Assembly (NCBI GenBank): GCA_044892525.1
Contig: CM097885.1
Location: 49,912,001 to 49,976,000, forward strand
Direction: 5' to 3'
DNA from: Schmidtea polychroa
Taxonomy: Eukaryota
DNA length: 64,000 nucleotides
Below are positions 54,779-64,000 of this stretch, one piece after another. Below the pieces are notes generated by a model. It did no database searches, had not been told where the DNA came from, and worked only from the letters and a program-made list of their open reading frames with translations. Positions within the stretch are counted from its first letter, which is position 1; the number at the start of each line of letters is the position of its first letter. The position numbers and the translations under genes are program-made.

Positions 54779-56526
54779 ATACTGAATTTTGTGTATAATT
54801 TGAGGAATTAGTAAATAGATTTCAATATACGTGTATTACTTTTAAAAAATAATTAAAATTAATTTATTTCAATTAATTTATTCAATCAAAATAAATTATC
54901 TACTAGATCTTATTATCTTTATTATCTTAGTTGATTAACTTGAATGATTTTAGAAAATTTACTTGGATATACCAATTATTGACATTTAAATGAATTTACT
55001 GGTTTATTAGATGTTATCATTAGTTATCTAGTCTCTTTTGGAATTTAATGATAATTATTTTTATTGTAGATTGTTGACTTTGATAATGGTAATGAATTCA
55101 TACTGAATTAATTTATTTCAGTTAATTTATTCAATCAAAATAAATTATCTACTAGATCTTATTATCTTTATTATCTTAGTTGATTAACTTAAATGATCAG
55201 TATTTTTTTTTATTTACTGGATGATTAATGACTAGAATTTAAAGTTCTTTCGTCCATTACATTTTGTTATTTATTATGTTTTGAATAATTTAAATTTTTA
55301 CAATGATTTATTTAATTTTTATCTAGTTATTGGAAAATCATACAAGTACTGGTAATCAGTTAATTAATGAATTGCTTTTTTTTTATTAATTTTTCATCCA
55401 ATTTTTCAAGTGAAGAGTATTTTCTTTTAAAGATCAATTTTTTATTACATAGTTGTTGGTTGTAAGTATCTGGTTGTTAATATTTGGTATCTGATTGATA
55501 GAGTTTAGTTGTAGATGATGACAAGAATATATTGCATGTGATGAAGAATATTTTGTATTTAATTGCTATTATTTTTATGTGTTGTTAGTTGATTGTTGGT
55601 ATTTGGTATCTTGTATTTAGTAGTTGGTACAGTGTTGTTTATTGATTGTTGTCATATAGTTGTATATATTTGTTAATTTCTCGATAGGTTTTGATGGTGG
55701 TTGTTAGTACATGGTTGTAAGTGTTTAGTATTTTGTTGTTTGAAACCTAGTGGTAGCTAATTAATGAGTAGGTGGTAGTTGAGTGTTACCAATATTGCAA
55801 GTGAAGAGGATTTTCTTTTAAAGATATATTTGTTATTACTTGATTGTTTTTACTTGGTTGTTAGTACATGTTCGTAAGTTACTGGTTGTTGGTACTAAGT
55901 TGTTGGTATCTTGTATTTGGTAGTTGGTACAGTATTGTTTACTGATTGTTATATAGTTGTAGGTTGATAATACTTAGTACCAGGTTGATGTTGGTTGTGA
56001 GTACTTGGTAGGTGGTGGTTGAGTGTTACCAATACCCCTACGACTAGTACCTTTACAACTAATACCCTTACGACCAGTACCATTACGACCTGTACCTTTA
56101 GGGGGTCAAAACATCCTGTCGGATAAACTCAGTATATATAATAAAACTGACCAACAATAAGTAGTTATTGAATGTGATTTTTACTTTGCAATAATAAGTC
56201 AGTAGTTATCAATTAAAAGAAGAATGTTTTGTAAATTAGAATTCATTAGTATTTCATTGTAATTTAAATTATTTTGAATTCCAAGTAGTGATGAGTTGAC
56301 AATTATTCATTTTTGTTAAATTTAGACATTTTGAAAAGATTTTTTCTACTGATTGTAATTAAACATATTTTTGAAGACAGATAAAAAATTAATTTAAAAA
56401 TCATTTGATAAAATACAATAAAGAATACTTAGTTGGTTGTTAGTACATAGTTGTAGGTACTTAGTAGTTGGTTGTATGTACTTGGTATCTAGTTGTACCT
56501 GATAGTTGTTGGTATCCGATTGTTTA

Positions 56527-56609
<83 letters not shown>

Positions 56610-56926
56610 GATTATAATTATTATTATTTTTATCAATATTATTATTATTTTTATTATTATTTTTAATTTTATTTTTTATTATGATTTTCATTATTTTTTA
56701 TTATTATAATTATTATTAATATTTTTATTATTTTTTATTATTATTTTTTATTATTATTTTTTATTATTATAATTATTATTAATATTTTTATTATTTTTTA
56801 TTATTATTTTTTATTATTATACTTATTATTAATATTTTTATTAATATTAATATTATTTTTATTATGATTATTATTTTTATGAATATTAATTTTATTTTTA
56901 TTATGATTATTATGATTATTATTATG

Positions 56927-57013
<87 letters not shown>

Positions 57014-59375
57014 ATTAATATTATTTTTATTATTTTTTATTATTATTTTTATTATTAATTTTTATTATCATTGAAATTTGCATCTAAATTTGCCTTTGAA
57101 AATTATTTCATTAAAATTTCTATTTAAAATTAGCTTCAAAAATTATTCCTTAAAAATTTCTATTCAAATTTAACTTAAAAAAAATATATCATAAATATTT
57201 TCAATAAAAATTAACTTAAAAAAATTATTCCATAAAAGTTTCTATTAAAATTTGACTTTAAAAAATTATTTCTTAAAAATTTTATTTTAAATTTTTATTT
57301 CTCAGAAGCGGATGGTTATTCCAACTTTTGTTTATAAATTTTAATTTAAAGTTTTGAACCTATAATTTAAAAATAAAACATTAATTTACCTATTTATCCT
57401 TGTATTACTTTATTTAAATTTTTTTACCATAATTTACAACCAAATATAGCCCTTATTTTCATATTTAACCAATAATTTCATGTAGTGAATGATTAATTGA
57501 CAATGATTTGCATCTTTAATTACTATTGAAAAATAATACATAAAACTTTCCATCTAAAATTAACATTGAAAAATAATTCATAAAAATTAACTTAAAAAAT
57601 AATTATTTCATTAAAATTTTCATCTAAAATTAACATTGAAAAATATTTCATATAAATTTTCATCTGAAATTAACATTGAAAAATATTTCATAAAAATGTC
57701 TATTAAAAATTATCTTAAAAAATATACGTTAAAAATTTTCATTTAAAATTTTCAATTCTCAATCACCAACTATTATTCCAACTTTTTGTAAATAAATTTT
57801 AAAATCAAACTTTAACTTTTTTTACTTATTACATTACTTAAATTTACTTATTTAACTTTAATTTAAAGTTTTATTTTACCATTGATTACTTAATTTTAAA
57901 TTTTGAACCTTAATTAACTTTAATTTATTTTTTAGAACCTTAATTTAGCTATTTGAGCCCATTGATTACTTTAATTTAAATATTTGGACCTTAATTTACT
58001 TATTTGAACTCATTGATTGGTTTAATTTTAAATTTTAGACCTTAATTAACTTATTTGAACCCGTTGATTAATTTAAATTAATTTTTTTTTAGAACCTTAA
58101 TTAACTCATTTGAACCTGTTGATTAATTTAATTTAATTTTTTTTTAGAATCTTAATTAACTCATTTGAACCCATTGATTACTTTAATTTAATTTTTTTTT
58201 AGAACCTTAATTAACTTATTTGAACCTGTTGATTAATTTAATTTAATTTTTTTCTAGAACCTTAATTAACTCATTTGAACCCATTGATTACTTTAATTTA
58301 ATTTTTTTTTTTGGATCTTAATTTACTAATTTGAACCTTAATTTACTTATTACATTACTTATTTAAAAATTATTACTTTAATTTACTCATTTAGCTTTAA
58401 TTTAAAATTTGAACCATTGTTTCCTTTAATTTCATAATTTAGCTTTTAATTTACTTATTTAACTTTAAATTAAAATTATTGACCATTGTTTACTGTAATT
58501 CAATTTTTAGACCCAATATTTAATTTAATTCAAAAATTTGGACCATAATTTACTTTAATTTAAAAATCTTAGTCCATAATTTACTGTAATCCAATTTTTA
58601 GACCCATAATTTGCTTTATTTTAAAAAATTTACCATGTTTTTTAGTGTAGACCACCTTTTTGTATTGAAAATAACCTGAGACCTTGAATTACCATACTTT
58701 TTTAGTGTAGACCGTCTTTTTGTATTGAAAATCCTAGGACTATGGAGACCCTCTCACTATAGTGTGAAAAATCCATGCTTTTTTAATGGAGACTACCTTT
58801 TCTATTGAAAATATCCTGAGACCTTAAATTACCATGCTTTTTTAGTGTAGACCAGCATTTTGTATTGAAAAATTTTTTTTGTATTGAAAATCCCAGGACC
58901 AAGGAGACCCACCCAAATAATACTGACTTATCCTTTGCTTTTGTATTGAAAATATTCTGAGACTTCAAATTGCACTGTTTTTTAGTGTAGACCACCTATT
59001 TGTATTTAAAATATCCTGAGACCTTGAATTACCAAACTTTTTTAGTGTAAACCGACTTTTTGTATTGAAAATCCTAGGACTATGGAAACCCCCCCCCCTC
59101 ACTATAGTCTGAATAACCCATGCTTTTTTAGTGTAGACTACCTTTTCTATTGAAATTCTCAGGACCAAGGAGACCCACCCAAATAATACTTATTCTTGGC
59201 TTGTTTATTGAAAAAAAAAAATTTTTGTATTTAAAATCCCAGAAAAAAATCATTGGAGAATGCGGCAACAATTATGTAATCAAAAAATGTCTACGGAAAA
59301 AGTTATGCAATCAAAAGTTTGCAACTTTTTTTACCCCCCCCCCCTATTGTTCCCGTAAGCCACTAACTACCTACT

Positions 59376-59473
59376 GACCACGTCCACGATCACGAACACG
59401 ACTACGACCACGAACACGACTACGACTACGGCTATGACTACGACTACGGCTACGACTACGACTACGGCGACAG

Positions 59474-59509
<36 letters not shown>

Positions 59510-59510
59510 G
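59376..59510 (+). repeat. (GACTAC)n-like / (CTA)n tract at the D target site
   Basis: GACCACGTCCACGATCACGAACACGACTAC... then (CTA)n. Confidence 0.9.
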
Positions 59511-60139
59511 TTTCTATGTATTATAAATGGATCATTTTCATTCTTTTATACATTTCATAACGTTTGCATACCTTATATTAAAAATGGTCAATGGATGAAA
59601 TTTTTCTATTGTTATTTGAATGGTACAACAAAAAATAATTAATGAAATCACAAAGTACAATAAAATAAATCCCCAAATGGTCTGAAAATTAATATCAATT
59701 ATTATTTAATGATTGCTTACTGCATTTTATATCATTAGGTTAGAAAATACTATGAACCTTTAAGTAAAAATAATTAACCGATTTTTATGAAAATTTCAAT
59801 TTATAGCAATTAAAGTATGCTGATTCGATCTATATTAAAAATAACATGTAAAAATTAATTTTTGAAAACCTCATACCTAACTTCAAAACCAAAAATCAAA
59901 AAGTAAATTCACCACTTTGCCACCAATCCCACAAAATATTAATATTAAAATAATATTAATAATAAAATAATAATAATAATTTTACAAATAATAATAATAA
60001 AATAATATTAATAAAAATAATAATAAAAATAATAATTTATATTGCTAAGCATTAATAATTATATTTGAATATTTTTTATTCATGTATAACAATTAATTAA
60101 AACAAATATAAATTATATTATTAGATTAAATTAATTAAA

Positions 60140-60253
60140 ATGGAATTAAGAAATGATGCAGTATATCAAATTATTGGTCCAAGCGGATGTGGAAAAACAT
60201 TATTTGTTTGTAAATTATTACAATCAAATATGTTTAAGTCAAAATTTAAAAGG
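60140..60253 (+). pseudogene. 5' fragment of a Polinton packaging ATPase inside element B
   Basis: MELRNDAVYQIIGPSGCGKTLFVCKLLQSNMFKSKFK, then abrupt junction. Confidence 0.85.
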
Positions 60254-62388
60254 TCAACCAGATACTTACAACCAGATACTTACAACCAAATGTACTTCTA
60301 ACAGACAACTAGATAACAATCAACTAGCTACTAATAACCAAATACTTACAATCAAATACTTACTAACAAAATATTTTTTGTATTTTATCAAATGCTTTTT
60401 AAATTAATATTTTTTTATTTATTAGAATTCTAAAATATTTTTAATTACAATCAGTAGAAAAACCGTTTTCTAAGTAAAATGTCTAAATTTACCAAAAATG
60501 ATGATTTTCGTCAAATATGAATGAGAATAATTGTCAACTCAACCACTTTAAAACACCACATGGAATTGAATATAATTTAAATATTTTAAAATGACAACGA
60601 AATACTATAAAGTTCTATTTTTTCCCCACAAAACATTCTTCTTCTAATTGATTATTACTGACTTATTATTGCAAAGTAAAAATTGCATGCTTATTCAATA
60701 AATAGTTGTTGTTAATTCGTTTTATTATATATAGTCTGAGTTTATCCGACAGGATGTTTTGTCCGCCTGTGGGTATTGATCGTAAGTGTATTGGTCGTAA
60801 GGGCATTTGTCACACTCAACCCTCACAAACCCATTAACTAGATAAGAATAATCAGTTAACAGCAACGTACCAAGTATAAGATACCAACAAATACTAACAA
60901 CCAAGTACAACCTAGTAGCTACCAAGTACAAGATACCAAGTATAAGACACCAACAACTTATTATCATCATCCAGTAACTTAGGAACAAGTATTTATAACA
61001 AGATACCAAGTACTATCGACCAAATACTTACAACTATGTACCATGTACTAACAACTAGGTACTAATAACTAGATACCAACAACAAGTAACCAACCAGATA
61101 CCTGCTACCAAGTACAAGTTACCAAGTACTAAGCACTATCAACTAACTAGCAAAACATAAAAATAATAACAATTAAATACAAAATAAAGTTTATTCTTCA
61201 TCACATACACGATCTTCTTGTCAACATCTACAACTAAACGCTATCAACCGGATACTAACAACCAGCTACCAAGTACTTACATCCAACAACTAAGAAATAG
61301 ATCTTTAAAAGAAAATTCTCTTCACTTGAAAATATTGGATTAAAAATTAATAAAATTTCAACTGAACTCAAGACACCAGTAAGATTTTCCAATAACTAAT
61401 TAATTTATAAAATTAGATCATTCGTATTTAAGAGAAATAATTAAGATAAATATTTTCTCGATCATTAATGACTAGAATTTAAAGTTCTTTCTTATCCTTT
61501 AATAACATTTTTATGATATTTATTTAGTATGTTTTGAATAATTTTGCATGTGTTTTTTACAATGAGTTAATCAATTTTTACCTAGTTATTGGAAAATCTT
61601 ACTGGTGTCTTGAGTTCAGTAAAGGTCACGTAAAGGTCACGCGTGAGGTCAGTTAGCAACTACATTTATATTACATAATAGTCACGAGAATGGGCAGTTA
61701 ACAACAATGTGTATATTACATAATCGGTCATTGTTGCGTAACCGTATTACCCCCTTTTTTTGTATCTGACGGGCTCACATCCTTCTACTTAGCAGAAAAA
61801 CATTATTTGTTTGTAAATTACTAAAATCAAATTTGTTCAAAACAAAATTCAACAATATTTATTGGCATAGGGGCGCCGACAAGAACATGGATTAGTTGAA
61901 AAACATTTTTGTCAGTTGAAAAACATGAAAATAGTAAAGGGTTTTGATAAAAACTGGTCAAGTCGTTTGAAGAAAGATCATCATTATCGATGATTTGTAT
62001 CAAGAAGTCAATAAAGAAAAGGATTTTAATAATTTATTCACAAAAATCAGCAGAAATGTTCGTGTAACAGTTATTTTCATAACACAAAATCTATTTCATC
62101 AAGGTGGTACACATCGAACACGTAATTTAAATGTACAATATTGAGTTATTTTCAAGAATCCTAGAGATGCAACTGTCATTGGTTTTCTTGGACGACAAGC
62201 ATACCCTAATGACCGTAATTTTCTTATCAATGCATTTCAAGATGCTACAAAAATACCGCATGGGTATATATTTCTCGATTTCACACAACAATGTCCTGGT
62301 GATATACGGGTAAAAACAGATATTTTCAACCCAAAAGCTGCCATGGTTTATAAACAAAGTTCAAAAGAAAGTTGAAAACATATAAATC

Positions 62389-62883
62389 ATGTTTTCAAAA
62401 ACAAGGATATCAGGTAAAAAACAACCTAAAGTTCCACCAACAACTAGTTATACTCCATCTAAAGAACTTATTACCGAAAATATTTCTGCAATGAATCTTA
62501 TTTCGAAAAATCCTAAACCTAAACCTAAAAGTAAAACCACTAAGAAAGTGAAAGTTGTTAAAAATCATCGGAATTTCCCGTTTTTCAATACATTGTTAAA
62601 GGCACCAAGTATGAAAAGAAACAGTATTTTGCAATCATTTCCAAATTATGTTGTCGATGATTTACTCAATATTATACTTAAAGTAGTCAAAGGCAAGATT
62701 AAAATCAGTAAATCTAAAAAGCAATTATTGAGTAAACATAGGAAACCTTTGCTATCATTAGTAAATAATAAAAATCGTCAACAAATGAGAAAAATTATAT
62801 ATAAACAACAAAAGGGATTTATCGGTGCATTGATGCCTTTAGCAATATCATTATTAGGTGGAATAATAGGAAGTCGATCATAA
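62389..62883 (+). CDS. Polinton C basic core-like protein with C-terminal amphipathic peptide
   Basis: Lys-rich 164 aa ending QQKGFIGALMPLAISLLGGIIGSRS; lies between ATPase and integrase. Confidence 0.75.
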   Translation: MFSKTRISGKKQPKVPPTTSYTPSKELITENISAMNLISKNPKPKPKSKTTKKVKVVKNHRNFPFFNTLLKAPSMKRNSILQSFPNYVVDDLLNIILKVVKGKIKISKSKKQLLSKHRKPLLSLVNNKNRQQMRKIIYKQQKGFIGALMPLAISLLGGIIGSRS

Positions 62884-62944
62884 ACAATGGGTGCTAATCC
62901 TTCATTACCCGACATTAAATTTAATATTAAATCGTTTTGTTGTA

Positions 62945-64000
<1,056 letters not shown>

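Larger units (their letters stand above)
42603..59375. mobile_element. Element D: 16,773-bp palindromic non-coding Polinton-type element
   Basis: AGTAGGTAGTTAG...CTAACTACCTACT termini, perfect 6-bp TSD GACCAC; arms 42603-50587 and 50779-59375 are near-identical reverse complements. Confidence 0.93.
42193..61789. mobile_element. Non-autonomous Polinton-type element B (~2.8 kb net of nested D)
   Basis: ~165-bp imperfect TIRs (42193-42358 / 61628-61789) beginning AGTAGAAGGATGT; perfect 6-bp TSD TAGCAG. Confidence 0.92.
42140..62375 (+). pseudogene. Packaging ATPase of Polinton C, split into 42140-42192 and 61796-62375
   Basis: Removing element B and one TSD gives MELRNDAVYQIVGPSGSRKTLFVCKLL; downstream IIIDDL, ITQNLF, IFKNPRD and GYIFLDF motifs. 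Confidence 0.9.

Noticed and set aside
42603..59375. Giant palindrome as a pure assembly artefact
   Set aside because: Arms differ by substitutions and indels, both ends carry a TSD, and outer element B and the split ATPase resume correctly; read-level confirmation is still needed

Overview
Very AT-rich animal genomic DNA with tiny (37-53 nt) GT-AG introns and many (AAT)n tracts. This is compatible with a flatworm-like host, but the sequence alone cannot establish that. One host gene, a Reeler-DOMON-cytochrome b561 ferric-chelate reductase (FRRS1-like), runs on the minus strand from 36533 to below 13238, and its introns are filled with mobile DNA: the right half of a Polinton/Maverick (element A: minor capsid, core, major capsid, protease, spliced poly-SIM protein, broken PolB, RING, terminus at 10727), two hAT transposons with TIRs and 8-bp TSDs, Penelope-like elements with minimal hammerhead ribozymes, a solo LTR, a Gypsy relic and a scrambled second Polinton (E). 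Upstream of the gene are a Gypsy with a nested solo LTR and a three-level nest of Polinton-type elements. The packaging-ATPase gene of Polinton C is split at Walker A by non-autonomous element B (42193-61789, TSD TAGCAG). B contains element D (42603-59375, TSD GACCAC), a 16.8-kb essentially non-coding palindrome whose axis is a 217-bp mini-element with the same 13-bp termini. Other unusual features near Polinton sequence are two TBP-like pseudogenes and two tandem Pol III promoter units. All calls come from reading the sequence and recognising motifs; no database searches were run.
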